Positions 55,721 through 64,000 of a DNA stretch of 64,000 bases are shown piece by piece. The notes below the pieces were generated by a model. It searched no databases. It had not been told where the DNA came from and worked only from the letters and a program-made list of their open reading frames with translations. The stretch's first letter is position 1; each line of letters begins with the position of its first letter. Source of the stretch: an uncultured virus (IMG/VR IMGVR_UViG_3300043411_002804) (taxonomy: Duplodnaviria > Heunggongvirae > Uroviricota > Caudoviricetes); the IMG/VR virus record IMGVR_UViG_3300043411_002804; one strand, 5' to 3'. The translations under genes and the position numbers were made by a program.

Positions 55721-55761
55721 TTAAACTAAGCCTCATTTTAATTTCTCCATTTTTTTCAATA

Positions 55762-56037
55762 TTAACGAACACTAAATTTTTTGCCCTGAATGTCAAGATA
55801 GATGGTTGGTTGCGATGGCCATGGAGTACCGTGGGGCATCTGAATTAGAACATCAAAATGTGTAGATAATAAACCAACATCTTCCCATGACAAATCAGCT
55901 TCAATCTTCGTGATAAATCTATCAGAATCAACCTTCGTGGTAAGGGTATGAACAAAACCAATTTTATTTAGTTCGTCAGAAAGACGATTCTGATAATCTG
56001 CCCAACTTTTGATTAAGAAGTGTGTCTTCACTGACAT
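55762..56037 (-). CDS. hypothetical protein
   Basis: AAGGAG RBS. Confidence 0.65.
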   Translation of the reverse strand: MSVKTHFLIKSWADYQNRLSDELNKIGFVHTLTTKVDSDRFITKIEADLSWEDVGLLSTHFDVLIQMPHGTPWPSQPTIYLDIQGKKFSVR

Positions 56038-56149
56038 ATTTGTTTCTCCTTTTATAAGATGAAATATCAGGTTCTATCGTCGTGCGCTAAACGAACACTA
56101 AATCTTTTGCTCTAAATCATTTTGCCATAAGATGTATCTATTAGAAACA

Positions 56150-56240
56150 ATAAAAGGTCGCAGGGGCAACAAGATCGGGCCGAAGCCAATCAAACCGTGC
56201 GCCCCCTTGAACATAGATGCTGCGTTATTTAAACGTCTTT
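56150..56240 (-). ncRNA. putative small structured RNA (long hairpin with C(UUCG)G tetraloop)
   Basis: GGGGC..GAT.GGC-TTCG-GCC..ATC..GCCCC directly downstream of a promoter motif. Confidence 0.4.
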
Positions 56241-56247
56241 ACAATAT

Positions 56248-56274
56248 ACTATATCTATATATATTTTTTAGCAA
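56248..56274 (-). promoter_or_regulatory. conserved phage promoter motif (spacer ~15)
   Basis: TTGCTA with the conserved upstream AAAATATTAATTCAAGG. Confidence 0.55.
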
Positions 56275-56322
56275 ACCTTGAATTAATATTTTATTCCTAT
56301 AATTTAAGTAGGGAGGTAATAT

Positions 56323-56361
56323 AAAAAAACGGCACCTACATTTTTTTATAGGTGCCGTTTT
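56323..56361. terminator. intrinsic terminator, possibly bidirectional
   Basis: AAAACGGCACCTA/TAGGTGCCGTTTT stem. Confidence 0.75.
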
Positions 56362-56381
56362 AAGCTGTAATCAGTTACTGA

Positions 56382-57164
56382 TTACTGAACGGTCACGCTA
56401 AAAGCTTTCGCTTTTGACACGCCATTTTGTTTAAAACGACAATAAACCGTACCTCGTCCAGCTGATGAACGATTAAGATCAGGCATTGTGTCTTCAATAC
56501 CGACCTCAAGCCAACTTGTTCCTCCAGCTTGGATGATGCCACAGAAAGCTTCTGAAACAATGCTGCCACCAGTGGCAGCGGTATACATTTCAGATCCTAC
56601 CTCGGGAACCTGCATGGTGTAGGTTCCGGCTGGAAGTTTAAAACGCCAACCTTTAGTGGTAAATGGAGCCTCTACTGTTAGAGCTTTTGTTCCAGTTAAA
56701 GATAGAACGGTATTGTTCGTCTCTCCAACCTTATATCGCATAAATACAGTTTCCTCACCATCTACGGCTGGAGCCAAAGGTACTTTGACAGAATGAACTC
56801 CATCTGGAAAAGTCCTTGACATGGTAATTGATGCAGGCCAGGTGGTTGGCCATGTATCAAATCCGGCTCCATCTGATGGAGGATTTAGATGAACTACAAC
56901 CTCTAGTGAGGAGGCATCCTCAGATAGTCGCAATTCACCAGTGGCAAAAGGCCATACCACGCCTGTCGCTGAATCTACGACAGAACCAGTCCATGGAGCA
57001 TCACTGGCATGGAAACACTCGACACCAAGAATACATGATTCTACGGTGTAGAATAAATCAGTGTTAGGTGATGGTAATCCAACAGTTGACACAATCGGAA
57101 TTGGCTTTGTCTCTACAGTATAGGTACCAGCGAAAGCAGCGGCTAAAGTAAGTAATGAAATCAT
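56382..57164 (-). CDS. secreted-looking beta-rich protein
   Basis: Signal peptide (LLTLAAAFA); AGTYTV.T.PIP.VSTVG shared with 45399-46664. Confidence 0.75.
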   Translation of the reverse strand: MISLLTLAAAFAGTYTVETKPIPIVSTVGLPSPNTDLFYTVESCILGVECFHASDAPWTGSVVDSATGVVWPFATGELRLSEDASSLEVVVHLNPPSDGAGFDTWPTTWPASITMSRTFPDGVHSVKVPLAPAVDGEETVFMRYKVGETNNTVLSLTGTKALTVEAPFTTKGWRFKLPAGTYTMQVPEVGSEMYTAATGGSIVSEAFCGIIQAGGTSWLEVGIEDTMPDLNRSSAGRGTVYCRFKQNGVSKAKAFSVTVQ

Positions 57165-57229
57165 TTTTGTTTCCTTTGTTTTTTGTTTTAGTTTAGTTTG
57201 AAAATTAATCTTTTAAAGCTTATGAAATA

Positions 57230-57595
57230 TTAAAGCTTATGAAAGATTAGGAATTGTGACCAGAGATAATAGTCATGTAATGTGTTTCCTTCAAAGGAGT
57301 ATTGAACACATAGAACGTTGCACTGTGAGTTTCCATATTGTTCAGTACATCCTGTCGCAATATCAGTTCGACAAGCTCCAGGTGCGAAGTTATAACCCCA
57401 ACAGTCTCGTCCATCTGTTAAGAGGCGACCGTACAAGGCTACGCACTGAATCTCATCATCGTAATTTTGCTGTGCACAATAATCAATTCCATTGCACGCC
57501 TCATCAATTTCTGTATCAGAACTTGAGCTCCATTCAGCATCAGGCTCCGATGGTAGCGCGAAAGCGTTTGTTAAAAGCAAGGTTTGTAAAAGCAT
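57230..57595 (-). CDS. secreted-looking Cys-rich protein
   Basis: Signal-like N-terminus (LLLTNAFA), 8 Cys, AGGAG RBS. Confidence 0.65.
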   Translation of the reverse strand: MLLQTLLLTNAFALPSEPDAEWSSSSDTEIDEACNGIDYCAQQNYDDEIQCVALYGRLLTDGRDCWGYNFAPGACRTDIATGCTEQYGNSQCNVLCVQYSFEGNTLHDYYLWSQFLIFHKL

Positions 57596-57795
57596 ATTCT
57601 TCTCCTATATTTTTGTTTAGATTTATTTTACATCATCATATTTTTCTTGTTTATGTTTTATTTAATGTTTCAATCCCTCCTACCAAGATGTTGGCGTGTA
57701 AATACTACGCCTTTATAATAAAGACAAAAAAATTAAATATATTTTTTGTGGCGGTTATTGATTTCATCAACAACCCCAAGATAAAAATCATTATA

Positions 57796-57864
57796 AGATC
57801 TAGGAGGTATTCGAAACCTCTTAGAGGGTTTTGCAGACCCTCTCCCTAACCTAAGGTCTAGACC
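57796..57864 (-). tRNA. tRNA-Cys(GCA), compact and atypical
   Basis: Acceptor stem GGTCTAG/CTAGATC with U73; GAGGGT-CTGCAAA-ACCCTC; T arm GAGGT-TTCGAAT-ACCTC; shortened D arm. Confidence 0.65.
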
Positions 57865-58111
57865 ATTTAGATTTAAATATATTACTGCACCAGGATACTT
57901 TACTGGTGTTCGAGTCAAAAACACCATACAAAATTTCTTCAGTATCCATCTCCCAAATATGAACCCAATCTTTGGGATGTTTACTGATAAGTAGTTTCTC
58001 ACCCAAAGTCTTAAGTTCATTTAAGTTCTTTGACTTAGAAACGCAATCTCTCATTCCGCCAAGTGGTGAACAATCATTGTAAGCAAACAGATAATACATA
58101 ATAACATCCAT
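57851..58111 (-). CDS. hypothetical protein
   Basis: YYLFAY....P.GG..D pattern. Confidence 0.65.
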   Translation of the reverse strand: MDVIMYYLFAYNDCSPLGGMRDCVSKSKNLNELKTLGEKLLISKHPKDWVHIWEMDTEEILYGVFDSNTSKVSWCSNIFKSKWSRP

Positions 58112-58120
58112 TACTCATAA

Positions 58121-58492
58121 CTATCGGCGAAAATATTGAGTCATTCCAATACCAATAAGATGGTCTCGCATATCTTTCGGATTCATTCGAAATTCGAAAT
58201 GCGATTCCATATCTGAAACCCCTTTGAATTTTGGAATAACATTTCGCACATCAGATGTACGAATATTGTCCTGAAGACAATGATGCTTATCATAATAAGC
58301 TTTTGGAGAAATCCAAGCATAAGAATAAGATGCATAATTCGTCCTCGATGACCACCCATCGTCACCAAGAATCTTTGCAATAATATCTGAATCAGGACCA
58401 TCAAAGTGTGGATCTAGCATTAACTGATGTGGATAATCCCGCCAACCATGACCAGTTTCAACATCACGATCTTCGATAAATACAAATTCCAT
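58121..58492 (-). CDS. hypothetical protein
   Basis: GAGG RBS. Confidence 0.7.
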   Translation of the reverse strand: MEFVFIEDRDVETGHGWRDYPHQLMLDPHFDGPDSDIIAKILGDDGWSSRTNYASYSYAWISPKAYYDKHHCLQDNIRTSDVRNVIPKFKGVSDMESHFEFRMNPKDMRDHLIGIGMTQYFRR

Positions 58493-58546
58493 ACAAACCT
58501 CTTAAACTTGCTCACGAGTAGGCCGGTCATAAAGCATTGGTTTCTC

Positions 58547-58762
58547 TTAGTAGGGAAGTACAATGATAGAGTCGTACGTAATTCCGTTTTCCAGCATCAA
58601 GGCAGAGAGCGCTGCAAATTGCGCTTCAGTGAGCTGGATTACCCGGTCATTAAGTACCAGGTCCCGAATGTCAGTTGCCCGAACTCGACAATCAACAAGG
58701 GCCTTAATCAGCAGTCCTGCCGGCTTATTCATGAATTGGGGTGCGTACCGGATGTTAATCAT
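58547..58762 (-). CDS. hypothetical protein
   Basis: GGAG RBS. Confidence 0.6.
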   Translation of the reverse strand: MINIRYAPQFMNKPAGLLIKALVDCRVRATDIRDLVLNDRVIQLTEAQFAALSALMLENGITYDSIIVLPY

Positions 58763-58960
58763 AGGCTCACTCCATCTGCGAGATATTGGATGTCGTGTTG
58801 CAGGGTGCGGATATTCTGATCATTTTCGACGCTTGAAAACATCGTATGCTTCTCCGTATCTAGTTTTGCCGTGCAGCATAACGCCACAACGAATTAATTC
58901 AAGATATCCCTAATCTTCATCATATTAACATTCAAATAAATGCATAACATCCTCTGTCCC

Positions 58961-58988
58961 TCTATAACTCCATATCTTTTTTTAGCAA
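58961..58988 (-). promoter_or_regulatory. conserved phage promoter motif
   Basis: TTGCTA-N16-TATAGA; spacer identical to the 43512 copy. Confidence 0.65.
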
Positions 58989-59107
58989 ATCTTGAATTAA
59001 TATTTTACATTTACCGGCCACCCACCCCGCGGGAGCAAATTTCAACAAAAATTTTAGACCCACGAAGTCTCCCCACAATAACATTAGCGCGTTAGAATGA
59101 ATAAAAA

Positions 59108-59314
59108 CTAACTAGCTGTTGTTAGTCCCATTCTCTTTATAATTTCTTCACTAATATCAGCAAATTCTTTTTCAAGCTTTATAACTTGCTCTTCCGATTC
59201 ATCATCGTAATGCAAAGCATACTTTAAATCAGCTTTGTTAAGCTTAATTGATGCAATTCTAATACAGTCAAGTAATTCAACCGCTGTCATCATTGAATAA
59301 TCATTCATAATCAC
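59108..59314 (-). CDS. hypothetical protein
   Basis: AAGGAG RBS. Confidence 0.6.
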   Translation of the reverse strand: MIMNDYSMMTAVELLDCIRIASIKLNKADLKYALHYDDESEEQVIKLEKEFADISEEIIKRMGLTTAS

Positions 59315-59763
59315 TCCTTATGAGAGGTTTTACACAACCTGACAAAATCAAGTTGAGGAATCATTTTACTAAAAGCTTCCCACTTCTGAGCCATAATTTC
59401 TGGGTCAGAATAAATACATAAAGCATTCAGATATTCTTTTGCTGGACCGGGGTCTTCATTATTATCAAGTTTTGTATAATAATTTTTTGCAGCAACAACC
59501 ATTTCTTTGTGCCACAAAGATGTAAGTTCTGGATCTGGAGTCTCTGTTAGTCCTGAAACAGACCATCCAGCATGAGTATTGTACTCAATATTTTGTTTGT
59601 TTAGCCAAACAACAATTTCATCTTTGTAAGAAAGAGCATCTTCCATCATATTCTGATTGTATAGACGTCCAATCAACTGAATTGCTGACTGATATTTTTT
59701 TGACATTTCATCATAACGTTTTTCAACTTCAACCAAATAAAGCTTAAGTTCTTCATCAGTCAT
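59311..59763 (-). CDS. hypothetical protein
   Basis: Packed ORF. Confidence 0.7.
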   Translation of the reverse strand: MTDEELKLYLVEVEKRYDEMSKKYQSAIQLIGRLYNQNMMEDALSYKDEIVVWLNKQNIEYNTHAGWSVSGLTETPDPELTSLWHKEMVVAAKNYYTKLDNNEDPGPAKEYLNALCIYSDPEIMAQKWEAFSKMIPQLDFVRLCKTSHKE

Positions 59764-60064
59764 TGTATAATCCTAGATGCTGGCTTTCAATAGTAAGCTC
59801 TGTAGAGAAATCATGCATAACATGATACAAATCATGAATAAAATCATCCCCACAAGTAATTTCAGGAATCTCCCCTGAGAGGAAACCTGACTTAATCACA
59901 CTAAGAAACCTCACAGACTGATCTTCTGTCCATGTAGCTTCAATCTTCCCCTCTGTCGGAGTTTCACAGCTATCTCCAAAAGATGTTAGAATGAAAAGAC
60001 CATATCGCTTGGTTAACGTGTAATGAAGCATAGAATCCAGAATTACATCAATATTATTACTCAT
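59756..60064 (-). CDS. hypothetical protein
   Basis: GAGGA RBS. Confidence 0.65.
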   Translation of the reverse strand: MSNNIDVILDSMLHYTLTKRYGLFILTSFGDSCETPTEGKIEATWTEDQSVRFLSVIKSGFLSGEIPEITCGDDFIHDLYHVMHDFSTELTIESQHLGLYND

Positions 60065-60099
60065 ATTTAATCCTCAATATTATTTACTGTACGATTTCT

Positions 60100-60663
60100 T
60101 TAATCGGGACAAACATTTGAATTCAGATGACTCTGATAATTCTTTCGAAAGTTATCAGGATCACTTTTCATAATTCTTACGGCAACAATCCAAATAGTCT
60201 TGTTACGCTCGATTGAGGTCCTGATCATTTCATTATTTTGAAAAATAATTTCCTCAATCTCAACATTCCTTTTCCGAGCGTTTTCAATCTTATTTTCGAA
60301 GTTATTTAGCTCGTGATAATATCGTTCATATTCAGCTGAATAATCAAGATTATCAGCGTTATAACTAATAAAGATTCCCTTCTTCGACCTACAAGTAGGG
60401 AGTTCATCCTCGCCCTCATTGATATCACCGTATCTAACCGAAATAGACGAAGGACTAACATTATTGAGACAACCAATCTTCTGGACCAAAGATTCCCAGT
60501 TATCTTCTGGTGTAATCAGGGTTACATAATCTTTAAAATGAGAGGGTTCCTTTGGCTTTTGCTTTGGGAATTCCAACTTACGAGGAATCTTCCTTAGAGG
60601 CTTAAACAAATTTGGATGAAATTCAGATAGCATATTATAAAATTCATAATTATGATTCGACAT
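60100..60663 (-). CDS. hypothetical protein
   Basis: GAGGA RBS. Confidence 0.7.
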   Translation of the reverse strand: MSNHNYEFYNMLSEFHPNLFKPLRKIPRKLEFPKQKPKEPSHFKDYVTLITPEDNWESLVQKIGCLNNVSPSSISVRYGDINEGEDELPTCRSKKGIFISYNADNLDYSAEYERYYHELNNFENKIENARKRNVEIEEIIFQNNEMIRTSIERNKTIWIVAVRIMKSDPDNFRKNYQSHLNSNVCPD

Positions 60664-60714
60664 TTAACATCCTCAGTGATAGTCTGTTAAAGACATTTTC
60701 CGTAGTTATCTGAA

Positions 60715-61221
60715 TTAGAATTCAAAAGCTATAATGTATTGTTCAGATTGAGCTTTATATGCATTATAACAAGCCCAAGTATCTTCTTCATATGAAGTGT
60801 CTGGATCATAATATTCTACCTTCATACCCATATCACGAAGTTCTTTCGCCAACTTAAGGACTAATTCATATTTGACCTCAATGTCAGCTTCGGAATTAAA
60901 GACAGTTGTCATCTCATCAACATGCTCAACGAAAAGCTTGGCTTTGATCTTTGTTACGCTAGAAGTGTTTAGTGGCACCCCAAATGCATCACCCCACTCT
61001 AGATCTGGATACCTATCAAGTAGATCCAAAACACGATCCAAATCAGAATTTATAAAATTAGCAACACGATCTGGAGCACTGCGACCAGATTGTAAGTTAT
61101 GAATCCAACCACGAATGGAACTAACTGTACACTTCATTTGATCTTTTGGATTTTCTTGTCCCTCATTCTTTAAGCGAATAACTTTCATTTCATCTCCTGG
61201 TTCATGAGGTGATTCCACCAA
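60715..61221 (-). CDS. hypothetical protein
   Basis: Likely start MKVIRL after AGGAG (ATGA overlap). Confidence 0.65.
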   Translation of the reverse strand: MVESPHEPGDEMKVIRLKNEGQENPKDQMKCTVSSIRGWIHNLQSGRSAPDRVANFINSDLDRVLDLLDRYPDLEWGDAFGVPLNTSSVTKIKAKLFVEHVDEMTTVFNSEADIEVKYELVLKLAKELRDMGMKVEYYDPDTSYEEDTWACYNAYKAQSEQYIIAFEF

Positions 61222-61487
61222 GTACTATGTTCATGTTCCATGGTATCCTTCCATACCCAAATCCCTTTCTTTTTTGGTCCAACCTGAGAAATTCCTTCTG
61301 AAATCGGCCCTGAAAATCCATTCTTTCTCGCTTGAGTCTTTGAAAAGAGATTCGCAGCTACCATTACATCTTCCATAGTAGCTGACCATGGCAACCTAGT
61401 AAAGGTTTCAGAAAAAAATTCTATAACCAAATCTTCATCAACGGGCCCAATTACAAAATGTTTTTCCATAATTTTTCCTTCCCTCAT
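61185..61487 (-). CDS. hypothetical protein
   Basis: Directly after the promoter motif. Confidence 0.65.
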   Translation of the reverse strand: MREGKIMEKHFVIGPVDEDLVIEFFSETFTRLPWSATMEDVMVAANLFSKTQARKNGFSGPISEGISQVGPKKKGIWVWKDTMEHEHSTWWNHLMNQEMK

Positions 61488-61490
61488 CTA

Positions 61491-61518
61491 AATATATCTC
61501 TTTATCTTTTTTTAGCAA
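61491..61518 (-). promoter_or_regulatory. conserved phage promoter motif
   Basis: TTGCTA-N16-TATATT. Confidence 0.7.
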
Positions 61519-61611
61519 TACCTGAATTAAAATTTTACATTTATCAATGTAGGTCCAGTTGTTTTGGACCCTTTTTTAAGAAGAATTTATTCTAGATAAT
61601 AAATACGATAA

Positions 61612-62796
61612 TCAGTCCCCCGCATTTTGCTGATCAAAAAATGATGATTCCTCATATTCTTTTCTAAAGTTTTCAATCGCCTTAATTCCAAGACCAAGAA
61701 CTTTGGAGCCAATCAATTTCTCAACCTCTCCATTTCCATAAAGATATTCTATACCTACCTGGAATAGATAAGAATCATTTTCGGAAAGCTTCTTCATCTC
61801 AAGAACAGCCTCCTTTCGAGAGAGATTTGCAAACCCCTCCCTTTTAATGATTTCTAGAAACTGATTAACTTGCTCCCTTACGAACTTAAGACGTTCTATA
61901 TACGAATTGAACATAGGCTCAAGAAATGAGCATACCTCAAAGTCTAATCCAATTAGAAACAAACTTTCCTTCAATTGATCAAAGGTTTCAATATTCTTCA
62001 TCCAACAAAATTGAGTGAAACGTTCCTCCGTCATCTGATACTTAAAAGTATGAATTCTGATATATTCCGCTGCCTTAATCTTGCAAGGGAGAATTGTTCC
62101 GTTCGGAAGATAAGACCATACAACAATGCCTTCTGCGCTCTTCCAATTGCGGATCTTCTCAACGATATCCTTTAACGACCCATTTAAATCGTAAAACTTA
62201 ACTGCTGGAGTTCCATAAGTCTCCTCCAAAGACTTTACAGTCTCTGGAGATGAAACAAACTCAGGCGGATCAGCTGAAAGATCCATTAGACCCAAAACTG
62301 TCAGAGTAGACTCATCATACTTGACAACAATTTGATTCTCAGGACCAGTATACTCAAACAAAACTGAGTATCGTGTATCCAATGATGGATCCAACAATCG
62401 AGGATATCTTGTCTGCACAAGATTCATAATGTTTGTATCAAACGGATACCCCAAATTATGAGAACCCCTTGTACGAAAATGTACCTGACCATTAATTACA
62501 GAACGAATCAACAACGATCCATCCATCTTTTCTGAGAAAATAGATGTTCCGTTTCGAATAGATTCTTCGGTAAGAATATCTAAATCAGGACATTCACCAT
62601 AATTATGGAATTTCATCAGAGATGCAGAAATAACATGCCCTGATGCATCCAAAAGCAAACTCCGAAGATGTCGATCTTCGGAAGACCACTTATGCTTCGT
62701 GAAAGTGGGGCCGATCAACCAAACCTTTTCACCATTCAAGATCCTTGACTGAACTTGAAAATCATCCTTGTTGATTGTATCAACATCAATGTACAT
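61612..62796 (-). CDS. RNA ligase 1 (T4 Rnl1/RnlA-like)
   Basis: KFHNYGE, motif I EKMDGSL, FRTRG, LFEY, EGIVV, KIK; start MYIDV after AAGGA. Confidence 0.85.
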   Translation of the reverse strand: MYIDVDTINKDDFQVQSRILNGEKVWLIGPTFTKHKWSSEDRHLRSLLLDASGHVISASLMKFHNYGECPDLDILTEESIRNGTSIFSEKMDGSLLIRSVINGQVHFRTRGSHNLGYPFDTNIMNLVQTRYPRLLDPSLDTRYSVLFEYTGPENQIVVKYDESTLTVLGLMDLSADPPEFVSSPETVKSLEETYGTPAVKFYDLNGSLKDIVEKIRNWKSAEGIVVWSYLPNGTILPCKIKAAEYIRIHTFKYQMTEERFTQFCWMKNIETFDQLKESLFLIGLDFEVCSFLEPMFNSYIERLKFVREQVNQFLEIIKREGFANLSRKEAVLEMKKLSENDSYLFQVGIEYLYGNGEVEKLIGSKVLGLGIKAIENFRKEYEESSFFDQQNAGD

Positions 62797-62809
62797 TTTG
62801 AATCCTTTT

Positions 62810-62992
62810 TTAATCTTTGATACACTCGCAGACTGTACCGTAATTTGTGCTGTTACTATACCCTTGCACAGCACAAGTATTTTGACACGTTATTTCAACA
62901 GTTTTGCTAACTACGGCACCAAGTAAAGAAAGCGTAAAGATTACTGCGGCTACCAACATAAAAATGTTTATCAATAGATTTTCATTGTCCAT
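62810..62992 (-). CDS. small membrane protein with a Cys-rich C-terminus
   Basis: One TM helix; GGAG RBS. Confidence 0.6.
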   Translation of the reverse strand: MDNENLLINIFMLVAAVIFTLSLLGAVVSKTVEITCQNTCAVQGYSNSTNYGTVCECIKD

Positions 62993-63202
62993 TCTTTATC
63001 TCCATATCATTTTATGTTTTTTTAGCTAAACCAAAAATAAAACTTTATATCTCTAGATTTTTGACTGTTTAATAATTCTTAAATAATCCGCCTCGTGACC
63101 CAATGGAGGAATTCCCGATTTAATTCCATCAAAAACTTTTTTAGCTAATTGTGTTTGAAGCTTTGATCGGATATGAAAAGTCTGTATCAAGTAAATATAC
63201 CA

Positions 63203-63592
63203 TTATATTTTATCCCCTCGTCTAATTTTTTCAGATAATGCTAACGCATAAGATTTTAAATCTCGAAGAGGATTCTGGACCTTTTTGGATAATGCCAACG
63301 CATAAAAACTTAAATTTTGAAGAGGATTCTGGCTAATCACAAGTTGTTGTGACCATAAACTCCATGCTGTAATTCGTAAACTCTTTTCGCCTTCTTTATG
63401 ATTAAAAACATTGCCTGGTGTTAATCCTTCTTCAAGAGACCAATCAATAATTTTTTTACAAGTTTCAGAGTCAAGCAATAACATGTGACCAACATTTTGG
63501 GCCAAATAAATGCATGCATAACCATCTGCGGAAAAGGCCCTGTAAGTTGCATTACTATTACATAGCTCAACTTCAAAAATTGAATTCGGCAC
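63203..63592 (-). CDS. hypothetical protein with an imperfect 18-aa C-terminal duplication
   Basis: QNPLQNLSFYALALSKKV / QNPLRDLKSYALALSEKI. Confidence 0.6.
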   Translation of the reverse strand: MPNSIFEVELCNSNATYRAFSADGYACIYLAQNVGHMLLLDSETCKKIIDWSLEEGLTPGNVFNHKEGEKSLRITAWSLWSQQLVISQNPLQNLSFYALALSKKVQNPLRDLKSYALALSEKIRRGDKI

Positions 63593-63826
63593 TTATGACT
63601 CTTCTTTAAATGAGGCAATAGTTGTATTGCCAAAATTCGTCAAAGCAAGACATGGTTTATTTGGATCAAGGTACTCTTGACATTCAGTCAAACCCCATAG
63701 GTAGGATAAAGCTTTCTTATAGATAGAAATATCTGTAATATATCTATTTAAATCTGAATCTACATGTTGTAGGATCATAAACGGGGCATCATCCATCCAT
63801 ACCGTAAACATGTCATTGTGAATCAT
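63593..63826 (-). CDS. hypothetical protein
   Basis: Packed ORF. Confidence 0.55.
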   Translation of the reverse strand: MIHNDMFTVWMDDAPFMILQHVDSDLNRYITDISIYKKALSYLWGLTECQEYLDPNKPCLALTNFGNTTIASFKEES

Positions 63827-64000
63827 TTTAATCGAAATGCTTGAATCTTCTGGAAGAGAATGTAATGTTGTAATCTCAGGAAATAGGCTACTAAGTTCGT
63901 GCCAGTTATAAACTGGATCTTCCCTGAGGGTGGGAACCTTATAAAGATCACTCGCACAATAAATTGTTAGTGGTTCTGCTCGCTTTACGATCGAATTGCC

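Noticed and set aside
56150..56215. tmRNA 5' end (GGGGGCG...)
   Set aside because: The segment pairs locally as a hairpin; I found no matching T arm/CCA 3' domain or tag ORF.
55764..57243. Short duplications (AACGAACACTAAAT at ~55764 and ~56090; TAAAGCTTATGAAA twice at ~57214-57244) as target-site duplications
   Set aside because: No mobile-element gene lies between the copies; too little evidence.
57256..58020. ORFs 57256-57849 (+) and 57733-58020 (-)
   Set aside because: They overlap better-supported genes and tRNA-Cys, and show no recognisable motifs.
1..64000. Alternative genetic code (stop-codon reassignment)
   Set aside because: Recognisable enzymes are full length in the standard code, TAA, TAG and TGA all end genes, and no suppressor tRNA was seen.

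Overview
An AT-rich (roughly 30% GC by eye), densely packed stretch that reads as part of a large (jumbo/huge) bacteriophage genome, with most genes on the minus strand. Main contents: (1) A compact type V-F CRISPR locus: a 499-aa Cas12f1-like nuclease with an intact RuvC triad (12787-14286), a ~380-nt hairpin-rich putative tracrRNA region, and a 4-repeat/3-spacer mini-array with GC-rich spacers of 37, 35 and only 10 nt. No cas1/cas2 is in the window. (2) 32 copies of one small 'HRxDGPA' repeat protein family, 30 of them in seven translationally coupled tandem arrays. The copies are mosaics of shared modules and leave partial junction remnants at array edges. (3) 13 tRNA genes plus two aberrant tRNA-like RNAs. 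(4) An RNA repair/processing kit: Hen1, Rnl1-type ligase, RNase Z and a SpoU/TrmH methyltransferase. (5) A few plus-strand virion-like and glyco-modification genes, a free-standing homing-endonuclease-like gene, a UvrD helicase and NADAR. (6) At least 12 copies of a conserved TTGCTA-N16-TATNNT promoter. All family calls come from motifs recognised by eye; no database search was run.
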